Source: Octopus sinensis
Taxonomy: Eukaryota
Reading direction: 5' to 3'
Length of the DNA: 64,000 bases
NCBI RefSeq assembly: GCF_006345805.1
Contig: NC_043001.1
Location: forward strand, 128,526,001-128,590,000
The position numbers were made by a program, and so were the translations under genes. The notes under the pieces were generated by a model. The model made no database searches. It had not been told where the DNA came from and saw nothing but the letters and a program-made list of their open reading frames with translations. Shown piece by piece: positions 1 through 13,393 of this stretch (position 1 is the stretch's first letter; each line of letters begins with the position of its first letter).

Positions 1-401
1 GATGATGATGAAAATTTTTTACATATACTGTGGAGGGAACCTGTGGTAGAGGTAGACCCAACAAGGTGATGAAGCATGATCTTCAAACATTGGGCCTCAC
101 AGAAGCGATGACTAGTGACCAAGAATTTTGGCAATATGCCATGCTTGCGAAGACCCGTCAAGCCAAGTGAAATCGTAGTCATGGCTGATGCTGGTGTCAC
201 ATAACTGGTACCCATGCCAGTTGGTTGTAAAAAGCACTATTCAAGCATTGGGCCTTGTGGAGGCAATGTGGCCAATACCAGTATCCCATAACTGGCACGA
301 ACTCAGAGTATAAAGGGCTGTAACTAAATACCACAAAGCGTTTTGACCAGCATTCTAATAATCCTTTACTATAGGCACAATTCCTGAAATTGAAGGGTAG
401 G

Positions 402-696
402 CTCAGTGGTTAGGGCAGCGAACTCGCGGTAGGAGGTTCGCAGTTTCGATTCCCAGACCGGGCATTGTGTGTGTTTATTGAGCAAAAACACCTAAAGCTC
501 CACGAGGCTCCGGCAGGGGATGGTGGTGACCCCTGTTGTACTCTTTCGCCCCAACTTTCTCTCTTTCTTCCTGTTTCTTGAGTAACGCTGTGATGGACTG
601 GCATCCCATCTAGCTGGGAGAAACACATACGCCATAGAAACCGGGAAACCGGGCCCATGAGCCTGGCTAGGCTTGAAAAGGGCGCATAAATAAAAA
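402..696 (+). mobile_element. tRNA-derived SINE (family B head, tail type 1), nested in an older SINE
   Basis: A box CAGTGGTTAGGGC, B box GTTTCGATTCCC, A-rich end, flanking direct repeat aagggtagg. Head shared with 10882 and 18212. Confidence 0.85.
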
Positions 697-699
697 AAG

Positions 700-1125
700 G
701 GTAGGGGGCTATCCGATTACATCAACTCCAGTACTCAACTAGTACTTATTTCATTGACTCACACCCAAAAGAATAAAAAGCAAAATTGACCTCTACAGTA
801 TTTGAACTCAGAACATAAAGGTAGATAAAATGCTGTTAAGTATTTTTTCCAGCATGCTAATGATTCTACCAATTTGCCAGCTTTCTAATAATACCGCCAG
901 TATACCATCCTAATAATGGTTTCAAATTTTGGCACAAGGGTAGCAATTTTGGGGAAGTGGGTAAGTCAGTTACATTGACCCTTGTACTTATTTTATCAAC
1001 CTTCAAAAGGATGGAAGTTAAAATCAACCTCAGCAGAACTTGAAATCAGAACATAACAATGAACAAAATGCCGCTAATCATTTCACCCAGGTTGTTAATG
1101 ATTCTGCCAGCTCTCCATCTTACAC
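700..1125 (-). mobile_element. Two degenerate family C (Meta-like) SINE copies
   Basis: Motif gtacttattt...aaaagg...aaagtcgacctc...gaatttgaactcagaac, repeated many times in the window. Confidence 0.65.
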
Positions 1126-1129
1126 CATC

Positions 1130-1165
<36 letters not shown>

Positions 1166-1530
1166 GTTTCTAGCATAGGCACAATGTTTGAGATTTGTTG
1201 GTGAGTGTTTAAACTGGCTCCAATATTTCACTGGTGCTTACTTGGTTTGATCAAACCTGGAGAAGTGAAAGGCTGAGTTGACTGTAACAGAATAAGAATT
1301 GAAAATTTCAAGAGCTGGAACACAAACTGTAAAACAGTTTTTTTTTTTTTCAACATTGTTTTAATTTCGTTTTTTTTTTTTTTTTTTTTTAATCTCTGTT
1401 GTCACCAAGTGATTTAATTACTTGGCTAAAACTCTATTGAGAGTAATGAATTAAGATTATTTTTGAAATTAATGCTTTATGTTTTCCTCAACTTCTTTCT
1501 CTTACAAAATATACATGTGATTCATTTTAG

Positions 1531-1703
1531 TAGGAAAAAGAGACCGGGATGAGAAGAAGAAGGAGAAGAAGAAGTACTACACATTTGATCCTGCTTTGTT
1601 ACTAGCATTTGTATATTTTGATCAGAATCACACAGGCTATCTGTTAGATAAAGACATTGAGGAAATCATGCACACTGTTGGCATGCAGTTGTCAAGAGCT
1701 CAG
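1531..1703 (+). CDS. CCAR1: CCAR1 (cell division cycle and apoptosis regulator 1), internal coding exon, EF-hand-like region
   Basis: Acceptor ttcattttag (tandem TAG/TAG, so start is 1531 or 1534) and donor CAG|gtaaac. Encodes ...KKYYTFDPALLLAFVYFDQNHTGYLLDKDIEEIMHTVGMQLSRAQ, matching the CCAR1 motif LLxAFVYFDQxHxGYL...LSRAQ. Earlier exons lie upstream of the window. Confidence 0.93.
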
Positions 1704-2126
1704 GTAAACTATTTCACAATGTTTCTCGTTGGGGTTGTGAGGGCTGCACATTTTTGTAATTACACTTCATGGCTCTTGATATGGCTAAATATTGTCAGGT
1801 TTTGGCCCAAGGCTAGCAAGTTCACGGAAGAGGGCAAGTCGGTCACATCAACCCCAGTGCTGAACTGGTACTTGTTTTATTGACCCCAAAAGGATGAAAG
1901 GCAAAGTTAGTCTTGGCAGAAATTGAACTCAGACCATAAAGATAGTTGAAATGCTGCTAAACAGTTTGATTGACTGTAAAGTGTAATTGTAGATAGAATG
2001 TTTATTCTTTCATTTGTTTAATTTTGTGTCCGTGCTAGAATGAGAATTTATTACAGATGTCTTCCCTGTCACTAACCCTTACTTGTTTTGCAAGTAAGGG
2101 CATTTTCATTCTACTATGATAGAAGA

Positions 2127-2535
2127 CAGGAGTGGCTGTGTGGTAAGTAGCTTGCTTACCAGCCACATGGTTCCGGGTTCAGTCCCACTGTGTGGTATCT
2201 TGGGCAAGTGTCTTCTGCTATAGCCCCGGGCCAACCAATGCCTTGTGAGTGGATTTGGTAGACGGAAACTGAAAGAAGCCTGTCGTATATATATATATAT
2301 ATATGTATATATGTGTGTGCTTGTGTGTCTGTGTTTGTCCCCCTAGCATTGCTTGACAACCGATGCTGGTGTGTTTACGTCCCCGTCACTTAGTGGTTCG
2401 GCAAAAAGAGACCGATAGAATAAGTACTGGGCTTACAAAGAATAAGTCCCAGGGTCGATTTGCTCGACTAAAGGCGGTGCTCCACAGCATGGCCGCAGTC
2501 AAATGACTGAAACAAGTAAAAGAGAAAAAAGAGAG
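2127..2535 (+). mobile_element. tRNA-derived SINE family A (CORE-like central motif)
   Basis: caggagtggctgtgtggtaag...gggttcagtccc head, ttgggcaagtgtct, internal (TA/TG)n, tail ggcggtgctcc...agcatggccgcagtcaaatgactgaaacaagtaaaagag. At least 7 similar copies in the window. Confidence 0.9.
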
Positions 2536-3995
2536 ACACTGCCCCTAGATATCATTCAGCAGGACCACGTGATTGTGAAGCAAACTTCTTTACAAAACTC
2601 TGCCAGTACCTAGTATAGTTATAAGTATTTAGATTGAATATAATTGTAAATATATATTTATATAAGTACAGAGATTACCCTGCATTTCAAAATAACGGTA
2701 TTAAAAAATATGTGAATGATAAACACTTAAAATATCAAAATTAGAAATTGCTTTTACACACTAAGATATAATACGAAATATAATTGTATAACTTGCATAC
2801 ATATTTACAATTTACTCTGTAGTATGTGTTTAGTAGAAGAATGTTTTTGTGGCAGCATGTAGACACAAAATAAAGTACTTAGCAAGGTATAAACAAATAT
2901 TTTAGTATCTTTTTGCTATTTAGCTGCTTCTGTTTTGGTTCTACATCTCCAGTCTGAATCATACTGATGTATAAATAAAACACATGCGTGAAGGATGATG
3001 AACATTTAATGTATGATATCTATGATAGTTAAATCTAATGTTACTATAATTTAAACACTGTCACCTATCAGTTAATCTGAAACCATGTGGTTCCAACGCA
3101 AACTTCTTACCAAGAGCCATGCATAAAACTGTCTTTGGGGCTATTAGCAGAGGGATGAAGTATTGATCTATGAACACTTGGTAAGAAGAGGAAAATTACT
3201 TTTATAAACGATTTCTTAAAAGGGAGGGGGACCATTTTAGATTTACAGCCACATATTCCAGTGTAATAGGGCTTTATTTTATTTTCACTTATCTGTGAAT
3301 TGAAACTCTGAATGACTCACCTGTGGTATGTAAACAGCCAATTGTACAGTGTCTGTTCTTCAGGCACAATATACTCTTTTATTTAACTCTGTGAAAGCTG
3401 GCATTACTAACTCTGTTTCTTAGTTAGAAGTGTTCATAATGAAGAAGGCTTCCAGCTCTAAAAAAATAAAGAACGGGTTGACCCTCATGTTAACATGGGA
3501 AAAGGAACATGTGGTTTAAAAGACCAACATTATTTGAGAGATGTATAGCTAATGGAATCAGTCCCAATATTTACTGGTTCTTTATCTTTTTGAACTTTAA
3601 AAGTTCAGGATAGAATTTTGCATTGAAAATGAAGGATAAAGAGGACCCTATCTGGAATTTAAACTCAGAAATGAAAATTTATTAACTAGATACAACAAAA
3701 ATTTAGCCTGTCATTTTTGTATTTCTGCCAAAACTATAGTTCTTGTTGCCCTAATAATAGGACTGCATAGATGCATCAACCTCAGTATATTACTGAGACT
3801 GTAAATCAAGAAAATGAAATGTAATATCAACTCTATGATTCCAGCATATTGTTACTGATATATATTTTATTGATTCTAGTGTGATTAAATGCTTACATAT
3901 GGTTTAATCTTGGGAGCTACTAGGATAAAAATAACTAAAAAATAATAATACATTTCTATTCCTTTTACTTTATAATAGTAATAATAATAATAATA

Positions 3996-4190
3996 ATGGT
4001 TTCAAATTTTGCCACAAGGGCAGCAGTTTGGGGGGAGGGGATGAGTTGATTATATTGACCCCTGTGTTTAACTGGTACTTATTTTATCGACACTGAAAGG
4101 ATGAAAGGTAAAGTTGACCTCAGTGGAATTTGAACTCAGAACGTACCAACGGGCAAAATACTGCTAAGCATTTCATCCAGCTCGCCGTCT
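3996..4190 (-). mobile_element. Family C SINE, degenerate
   Basis: Shared family C motifs, flanked by (TAA)n. Confidence 0.7.
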
Positions 4191-4766
4191 TAATAATAAT
4201 AATATATCATGTACATTGTTTTGTCTTGGTATAAAAGATGGGCTACAGTAAATATTCTGCTCAATATCATAGATTTGCTTGTCAGTTGTTTGACCATAAC
4301 CAGTTGAGCATGTCCCTTAGTGGCTGACGATATGTGCATCTCTGATCACAAACAGAAGTAGTGGGGGAGCATCATAGCCATGTGTTGAGAGGGATTCTTT
4401 GGAGTTTGAATAATTCACCTCTGGAAACATGGGTGGTTCTTTCAACATCCTTAAACAACCCTTATTCGAGGACCTTTTGAGCGAGATGGGTTACTCGACC
4501 AGAAGAAAATTCTAACTGGGTCCCACATGCAAGATCATGTGCTGTTTATCTTGATATGAGATCACCATGTCGCGCACATATGGTTGTAATGCATATGCCT
4601 TGTGTACCCTTATCAGACAGGTAGACATGATGGGTATACTGGGCTTCATATATTTTACACCAGTGTCACTTTGATAGCATGCACTGCTCTCTCACTCAAT
4701 AGTAGTAGTAGTAGTTTCTAGTTTGGTGACATTATCATCATTTGTTTTCTTAAAATACTTTTATAG

Positions 4767-4911
4767 GTACGAAAATATGTCCAAAAGCTTGTGTCACGTG
4801 ACACTTTAAATTATCGCAAATTGACGGATAAGCCGAAAGCTGAGGATGCTACTGAAGATGGAAAAATTGATTCAAAAGGTGCAGACTCAGATGATATTAA
4901 ACTTGCTCAAG
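4767..4911 (+). CDS. CCAR1: CCAR1 coding exon
   Basis: ttttatag|GTA CGA ... CAA G|gtaact. Phase 0 start joins the previous exon. Encodes VRKYVQKLVSRDTLNYRKLTD (cf. vertebrate VKKLLNKVVLRESCFYRKLTD). Confidence 0.92.
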
Positions 4912-5528
4912 GTAACTTCATTTATGTATTTTTATTTATTATTTTTTTTTTTTATCCATGTTTAACCCTTTTGATACTAACTTGCCTGTGAACTCTCCTA
5001 GATTTATAAAACAATGTTTACTCACTGACCCTGATTTCATGCAAATATCTAAATGTTTAAAAGTTAATAGTCTTAAGAAATAGAGAAAACCCTCTACTTC
5101 ACAGGGCTATAAAGACACTTACAGGCTTTGTCTTTGCCTTGTATCTCCATTGCAAGTTAGCTTATTATAGCAGATCACTTCCTAAGTTTTATTTATGGTA
5201 AGATTTGAACATAGTGCTGCAAGATAACAAAGCATGTGTGAATTAGCTAGTGTTTCCATTGATAAGAGCAATATATTGTACAACCTAAGTGTCTTGGCCA
5301 TAGAGAAAACTTGTTACAGTTGATTAATGCATATCATGTTTTCTTCAAGGTCAGTCTAATACATTATAAAGTTGGCCAGTTGCAATTAATTCATATCAGC
5401 TATTGAAATTTGCGAAGAAAAAATACATCTTATTCTTGTCATTAATTAATATAATTCAAATCAATAACTGTTGTAAATATGTTAACTTTCAAACATGAAA
5501 GTATTTTTTCTTAAATTTCTATTTTCAG

Positions 5529-5753
5529 GAAATTATCATTTTTTAAATGCTATAAAAGCTAAGAACTCTTCAGAGGACTTGGCAGTAACATCCAAATTAA
5601 AAGGTGAAGGTGAGGAAACCGCTCCCAATTCTGGATTTATTAGCTACAATGGAGCTTTGATCGATATTGACAGTATCACTCAGCGACTAGAGAAAAGCGA
5701 GAAAAATAGGAGTGCCTTGGAAGAAAAGTTACAGGATTCCACTGCTGAAATTG
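5529..5753 (+). CDS. CCAR1: CCAR1 coding exon
   Basis: attttcag|GA AAT ... ATT G|gttagt, phase 1 at both ends. Encodes SGFISYNGALIDIDSITQRLEKSEKNRSALEEKL (cf. SGLIVYNGAMVDVGSLLQKLEKSEKVR). Confidence 0.93.
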
Positions 5754-6016
5754 GTTAGTTACATTTTGTTATATTTTGCTTTTGGAGGAAGACAATTGCT
5801 GTTAGGCTAAGATGCTGCACTGCATGAACAGGAGTTTTACCTACTGCAGCTAGTGTTATATTTGAGTTAGTGATATACCAGTGTGTGTGTGTTTGTAAAT
5901 ATATGTAAAGTGGTAGGTGTTAGGAAGGGCATCCAGCTGTAGAAACCATGCCAAATCAGACTGGAGTTTGGTGCAGCTTACCAGCTCTGGTCAAACCGTT
6001 CAACCCATGCCACCAT

Positions 6017-6235
6017 AGGCAATGAGCTGGCAGAAACGTTAGCGCGTCGGGTGAAATGCTTAGCGGTATTTCGTCTGCCGTTACGTTCTGAGTTCAACCT
6101 TTGCCTTTCATCCTTTCAGGGTCGATAAATAAAGTATCAGTTTCACACTGGGGTCGATGTAATCAACTTAATCCCTTTGTCTGTCCTTGTTTGTCCCTTC
6201 TGTGTTTAGCCCCTTGTGGGTAGTAAAGAAATAGA
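6017..6235 (+). mobile_element. Family C SINE (Meta-domain-like)
   Basis: gagctggcagaaacgttagc...gttctgagttcaa...ctttgcctttcatcctttcagggtcgataaat...aaagaaatag. Near-identical to 34458 and 57836. Confidence 0.85.
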
Positions 6236-6404
6236 TATGTGTATATATATATATATATATATATTATATTAAATTAGAGATAAAACCACTATTAGGCAAA
6301 TCAAACAATGAAAAACTTAAGCCAATACATAAAATTAATTAATTTATATTATTCTAAATATATATCAAAAGTATTAAAAGTTTAATAAAAGATAATGAGT
6401 AAAA

Positions 6405-6474
6405 CACTACGATTGTTTCATGGCTGTCCAATTCGTAATAATTCGAGTTATGGTTACAGTCAATCTTCAGGTCT
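6405..6474 (-). ncRNA. Degenerate hammerhead motif in CCAR1 last intron (antisense)
   Basis: Reverse strand: ac-CTGAAGA-ttgactgt...acagccat-GAAAC-aatc-GTA-gt. Lies within a repeat whose other part recurs at about 19465-19530. Confidence 0.55.
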
Positions 6475-6636
6475 GTGCCAGTATGTGTGTATGAAAGAGA
6501 GAGAGATTGCTTTAATAATATTAATATTTAATTAAGATTTGTCCAGTTTGGTTTAAAATCAAAAAATTTCTGTGGACATATTGGTTACTTGCCTTCCTTT
6601 AAGATGTTCTTTTTTTGTGTTTTTTTTTTCATTTAG

Positions 6637-6908
6637 ATTTGCTGAAGGATAAAGCATTAAAGCGTGAAGATTTAATTAAACAGATGCAACAGGAACTAAC
6701 TATAATTAAGAAGGAGAAAGAAGAGCAAATAGAAACAGTGTCATCAACTGAAAGTGAAAACAGACGGCTGTTCACTGCTCTAAAACACTGTGAAAAGACA
6801 TTGACTGGTCTTCTGAAGGGTGTTACTACAAGTCTTACACCTTTAATAATAGACAAGAAAAAGAAATTTGATAAAAAGGTGAAAAATGAAAATGATACTG
6901 GAGAATAA
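6637..6908 (+). CDS. CCAR1: CCAR1 terminal coding exon (C-terminal coiled coil)
   Basis: Polypyrimidine tract, then atttag|AT TTG (phase 1, consistent). Coiled-coil-like sequence ending KVKNENDTGE-TAA at 6908. Confidence 0.88.
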
Positions 6909-8036
6909 ATGTTTCAAAGTCCTCCAAAAGAAATGTTCGGATAAATTATGAGAATGAGAAAGGTACCAAGGAATTTATTATTTTTTTTCCTAACATGAGG
7001 TTCCACCAATCTCTACCTTGTCCATATTTCAGTGACTATAAACTAACGGCCAGCAACAACACAACTTTCATCACTCTTCCCTCCACCCATCTTTCTCCTT
7101 GTGTCCCTCTATTCTTTGTCCTCTTTCATCTGTGCTCTTGATCAATCCTGAACTGTTATCTACTTATGCAGTCTTTCCAATGTGTAGATTTGCTTGGATT
7201 TCAAATGATTACCAAATACAGCAAACAAAGATGGAAATGCTTGCTTGCTTGTTTGTTTGGGGGTTTTATTTTTATTGTATTTTCTGTTTGATTTTTTTTT
7301 TTCTTGCATTGAAAATAGAAGTTCCATCAAACAATTGAAAACATTTGGGTTTTTTTTTGCCTCTCACTCTCTCATTTCACTGTTGAATTTGTAAATTTGG
7401 CTGTCGAGGGTGCAATGACTGAAGAAAGAGTACAATAATAAACTGGTATCTGCAGGGACATGTAAATATTATGGTTTAAAAAAATCAACTTCAGCAACCA
7501 CTTTTTTTTTTTTTTTTTTTGTAAGAGTGGCTTTGGAAGTTTCTGCACTGAACAAGTGACCAGATGAAGTGCTGTGTTAATAATATTCCATTATTGCCTA
7601 TAAAAAAAAAATAAAGAAGTCTTCGTTCTTTATGTGAGGTAGGTGGGATGGGGTAGGGAAATTAAAGTAAAAATGATATAAAACTCAACAAAAAATCTCC
7701 TGTTTGTAAAAGAATTTACTTTTATAAATATATAATTTTTTTTTTCTTTTCCTTTCGCACAAGAAGATTTTTCAAAGAAGTTAATATTATACTGAGGCAT
7801 TAATTCTGCACATTGCATTGTTAAATTGGTATTGTAGCTTCTTTCAAAAGCCTTGTTGGGTTATTTTTTTTTTTTATGAAATGTCTATTTTGTTTTAATC
7901 TTACTTCATCCCCAACTTTATCTTTCATCCTCTTCTCTACCATCATTTTTCTTTTTTTTTTTTCAAAATAATTCTGTCCCATGTTGTTTGATATTATGGT
8001 AAATTTAAAAGATTTAATGAAAATGAGATTTTATTG

Positions 8037-8286
8037 ATATATATATATATATATATAAATATGTATATATAAATATGTATATATAAATATGTATATATAA
8101 ATATATATATAAATATGTATATATAAATATATATATAAATATGTATATATAAATATATATAAATATGTATGTATATATAAATATATATAAATATGTATAT
8201 AAAATATATATAAATATGTATATATAAATATATATATAAATATGTATGTATATATAAATATATATATAATATGTATATATATATAA

Positions 8287-8320
<34 letters not shown>
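8037..8320. repeat. (TA)n / TATAAATATG compound microsatellite
   Basis: Direct reading. Confidence 0.95.
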
Positions 8321-8323
<3 letters not shown>

Positions 8324-8959
8324 TACATACATATAAGTGCGAGATTCTTAACCAAGTCACATAATATTAAATGAACATATCAGGTTAATACATGAACCAT
8401 ACACAATCTATATTTATCTAAATATATATGCTGAGAGTATTGTATAAAGAAATGGATAAAAGAAAAATTTACAGACTGAGTGTATAATTGATATTTTTTT
8501 TTTAAATGAAATTTTAAGCCAGGAAGGATCTATTTTCCAAATCCACTTCTATTTCTCTTTAAAAAGTTGTATAAAGTGCTACACAAGCCACTTTCTTAAG
8601 GGTACATTTTTCACAAACATTTTCTTTTCTTCATGTGTCTTTTCCTGTCATTGATTCAATGTGTATTGTAATCTAAATATTCTATGCATCTGTGCAATTG
8701 TTTTTATAAGAAAAGTGCATGAGCATGTGTGGTGTGTGTGTGTGTCTGCGTGTGTATTTATGTATATTATACATATAAAATATATATATTATGTGATATA
8801 TATATATATATAATCTGGTCACAAGGATCCATATGTTGTTCAGGTAATTTTTTGGTTTTTCATCACTTCCAATCATTACAAAGATCATTCACATTCATGC
8901 CAAATTATCATTCATGTTGTTTTTTTTATTTCTTCAAAGAGTTATTGAGTTTGTTTTCT

Positions 8960-9003
<44 letters not shown>

Positions 9004-9269
9004 GCTCTCTCTAATAAAATAAAAACAATATTTATTTGTGGATGTAATGTTGTGCATGCCTGAACACAAATCTTTGCCGCAGTATCTCTTATTGGCAAAT
9101 GGTTTAACACCATTTAGGTTTGTTAAAATAATTCAGGATGGTGGAAGAAAAAAGAAAACACACACATGAAACAAAAAGAAAGAAAAAGTTTTGCCAATCT
9201 TTAGTAATTAAATGAACTTTCATTTATTAGCAATACATACACATGCACACACACCTATAAAGCTATATA

Positions 9270-9316
<47 letters not shown>

Positions 9317-9719
9317 GAAGTGTTTTTGATTTATTTTTTTAATAAAGCCAAAACAACGTAAATCATAAGAAATATTACAACCTAATGGTTTGTACTTTTA
9401 ACTTGTGGACTCACAACACCTTTCTCCAAAGTGTTCCTGAAAAGTGGGGCCTAACCCTGAAACATTGAAATACAAGGTAAAATACAAACCATCAATGTGT
9501 ATTGTTTTATATAAATTGCATTGTTTTGGTTTTACAAAACGAAAATGAAAAACACATATCAGACAATGCTTCATGTAAACTGTACTATCTTAATGTGTGT
9601 GTGTGTGTACGTGTACATATATATATATATATAATCAACAGAGAAGTTGCATGGCAACTACAAATGAATAGCTTTTAGTTTGTGAAGTGGCATGCACAAA
9701 ACTCTTTGCTCACTTTTGT

Positions 9720-10156
9720 AACTTTTCTGCCAATTGAAAAGTGTGTATGCACATATGTATGTATGTGTCTATATTTATGGATGTGTATATATATGTGTAT
9801 GTATGTATGTATGTGTGTGTGTGTATATATATATGTATACACACAATGTTTGCATACATATAACACACATAATATATATACATTATATGTGTATGTATAT
9901 GTATAAATGTATCATCATTTTTAAAACGAATGTTAAACGATGATGATGATATATTTATATGTATATATATATACACATAATATATATATACATACATATA
10001 TACACATGCATATATACATACATATATATATACATACATACATACACATATATATTCATATATATATATATATATATATATACATACATACACACATACA
10101 TACACATGTATATATACTCACAGACATAAATATATACACAGACATATATATACAAC

Positions 10157-10202
<46 letters not shown>

Positions 10203-10203
10203 A
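9720..10203. repeat. TA/TG/CA compound microsatellite
   Basis: Direct reading. Confidence 0.9.
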
Positions 10204-10881
10204 AACGAAGCCTTGAAGAATGACTAGTTTGTGTTTCTAATTGACAAAACTGTATTGCTTGGCTTGTCAGAATATATTCACCATCCTGCAATATTTGTAT
10301 ATTTTGTAAAACTCACTATGAAGAAATCAGCTGTTCCTGTAACAGTTTCTTTCTTTCTCTTTCCAAGGCAGCTTCAGCATTAGATTATAGCAGTTTATTT
10401 TTCACAGAAATAAATAATGAAATTGAAAAAAACAAAAAAGAAAGAGAAAAAAAAAAGACAAAGAAAAATAGAGCATTGACTGTATTTTGTGTCAAGATTT
10501 TGAAGTGTTTATTAAACTATTATTAAAAAGGTGTTATAATGTTTTGGGGTTGTTTCTTTGTTTTTTGTGCATGTGTATTTTCATTATCGTTATAACGTTA
10601 TATGACTGTGTGGCTAAGAAGTTTGCTTTGCAACTACATGGTTTCAAGTTCAGTTCTATTTTGCAGCAGCTTGGGCAAGTATCTTCTGCATTTTACTTGG
10701 CTCACCAAGTGCAGAAGCCCATCATGTTTATATTTATGTATATAAATGTCTTTTTTTGTTTTTGTCTCACTGATTGACAACCATTGTTTGTTTGTTTTAA
10801 TCCCCATAACTTAGTTTGCAAAAGAAAGATCAATAGGAGTCAGTTTGATCTGTATGATACCCCAGCATAGCTACAGGCCAA

Positions 10882-11270
10882 GGTGGAAGCGCAATGGCCC
10901 AGTGGTTAGGGCAGCGGACTCGCAGTCATAGGATTGCGGTTTCGATTCCCAGACCGGGCGTTGTGAGTGTTTATTGAGCGAAAACACCTAAAGCTCCATG
11001 AGGCTCCGGCAGGGGATGGTGGTGATCCCTGCTGTACTCTTTCACCACAACTTTCTCTCACTCTTACTTCCTGTTTCTGTTGTACCTGTATTTCAGAGAG
11101 CCGGCCTTGTCACTCTCTGTGTCACGCTGAATATCCCCGAGAACTACGTTAAGGGTACACGTGTCTGTGGAGTGCTCAGCCACTTACACGTTAATTTCAC
11201 GAGCAGGCTGTTCTGTTGGTTTGGATCAACCGGAACCCTTGTCGTCGTAACCGACGGAGAGCTTCCATCC
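10882..11270 (+). mobile_element. tRNA-derived SINE (family B head, tail type 2), nested in a family A tail
   Basis: gcgcaatggcccagtggttagggcagcggactcgc head. TSD acaggccaa on both sides. Tail shared with 42201-42530. Confidence 0.88.
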
Positions 11271-12377
11271 ACAGGCCAATAACTGAAGAATAATATTGTA
11301 ATTATGGAGATGTACTTGCATAGCAAATGACCTGATCTGAGATCGTGTGCTTGAACGAAAACAATTGCAGCGTGGAAGGTGTTTATAAGCCATTTAAGAA
11401 ACACACAAAATCGGTTAGATTCAGTTCAACATTTAAATTTAATTTGTCAAAATATTTTCATTGCTTTGAGAATAGTTGCTCTAATTGTCCATAGTTTATC
11501 AGTGCCAATGGACAAAGGTGACAATGGTTCATATTACATCAGCATCACTCAACAGTATCTATGCCCAGAACATATAATGCTGGCCAGCACAATCTCACCA
11601 ATGTTATATGAAACCTATGTAGCAGATACAATTTGCTACTGTAATAAATAAGACACTTGAATGATTGATGGATTATTTTCATAGTTTACTGTGCCAAGAT
11701 CAAAGCTTGAAGTGGACTTAACTCATGGCATGAATCATTTGAAATTTAGAAAACAATAAGCCTTTCTACTGAAGGCAGATAGCTTGAAAATTTTGGAGAT
11801 GGATTAGTCAATTACATCAACCCTAGTGTTCAACTGGTACTTATTTTATTGCTCCCAAAAGGACGAAAGGCAAAGTCAACCTCAGTGGAATTTGAACTCA
11901 AAATATAAAGACAGACTAAATGCTTCTAAGCATCTCGTCCAGCATTCTAACAATTCTGCCAGTTCACCACTTTAGGCATAATAATAATAATCCTTTCTAC
12001 TATAGACACAAGTCCTGAAATTTTGTGGTAGGGGACTAATTGATTACGTCGAATCCAGTTTGTTGCTAGTACTTAATATATTGCCTCCAAAAGGATGAAA
12101 GGCAAAGTCGACCTCAGTAGAATTTGAACTCAAAATGCTGCAACGGGCATGTTGTCTGGCATGACCAGCTCATCACCTTATTCATAATTTCAATAAAATT
12201 CTTTTCTAAATTTGACTGGGTTTTGATTGTCGACATTGCAATCAAGGCTGGACATGTTGCATGTAATTTGCATATTCATATCACCCCTTATGGTCAAGAT
12301 ATGCTTTAATGTTTATCAGACAAGTGTGAAGAGTTCTTGATGGAACTCTACAGATTTGTATTTATTATATACATCAA

Positions 12378-12666
12378 CTAGCAGTATCGCCCAGCGTTGC
12401 TCGGATTTGTAAGCATTTTTAGAGAGTTACTTCCCTTATATAACCCAAGCAAAAATCATTAAAAATGCGGAAAAATGATGGAAATTTTTTTTTAAATCGT
12501 AGACTCATCGTAGACGCGCGCTAATACCCAGAAGGGCTCGATACAAATGACAACTATAAGATACCTGCTTTTGGTTAAACTGCACGGCAAAATGTGGGAG
12601 TAGTTAAGAATCTAAATCGGAGGAGACAGAGTCTCACACACACAACTTCAATTTTATATATAAAGA
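12378..12666 (-). mobile_element. Non-autonomous Helitron
   Basis: Reverse strand begins A|TCTTTATATATAAA and ends with a GC-rich subterminal hairpin and CTAG|T. No TSD. Four copies in the window. Confidence 0.82.
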
Positions 12667-13024
12667 TTAGACCATAACAGGAGATCATTGTTGTGTTAGG
12701 ATTTCCATTAAAAGTGACAATTATACTTAAAAGGATCTTTACTACTAGCAAGGGCTTGTAGGTTGAGAAGTATATCTACTTCACTGATTGTCGTATTGAT
12801 GCAGTTTTCCCATGAGGATGTAAATACAAAGGTCTAATTTATCAATTAAAAGTTATTGTCCCTAAGATTATATAACATTGACACACAATTGTATTTAGAT
12901 GGAACTCATGAAAATTCTATGCAGAAACCAGAATGGATCCAGAAAATGTCAATTAACAACTGCTCAGTTATAGAGCAAAGAATCTCCTTACCATCCTAGG
13001 TTGCTTTTTATTTTTTATTATAGA

Positions 13025-13393
13025 CTAGCAGTATCGCTCGGATTTGTAAGGGAAATAACTATATAAGCATTTTTAGAGAATTATAGCCAAAAAATGCATC
13101 AAAAATGGGGGAAAAATTATGGTAAATTTTTTTTTAAATCGTTGACTCATCATAGACATTTTTAGAGAGTTACTTCCCTTAGCGAAAAAATGCATTAAAA
13201 TGGAAAAAATGATGGTAAATTATTTTTAAAATCGTAGACTCATCGTAGACGCGCGCTAATACCCAGAAGGGCTCGATATGAATCACGACTATAAGATACC
13301 CGCTTTTGGTTACACTGCACCGCAAAATGTGGGAGTAGTTAGGAATCTAAATCGTAGGAGACAGACACACAACTTCTCTTTTATATATAAAGA
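13025..13393 (-). mobile_element. Non-autonomous Helitron
   Basis: Same family, 5'-TC...CTAG-3' at an AT target. Confidence 0.82.

Noticed and set aside
9431-9475. cctgaaaa...ggg/ccc...gaaac hammerhead-like remnant
   Set aside because: Core G8 and the NUH triplet are missing; too degenerate to support.
10885-10960. Possible tRNA-Arg gene
   Set aside because: The tRNA-like head continues into a SINE body with TSDs, and the acceptor stem does not close.
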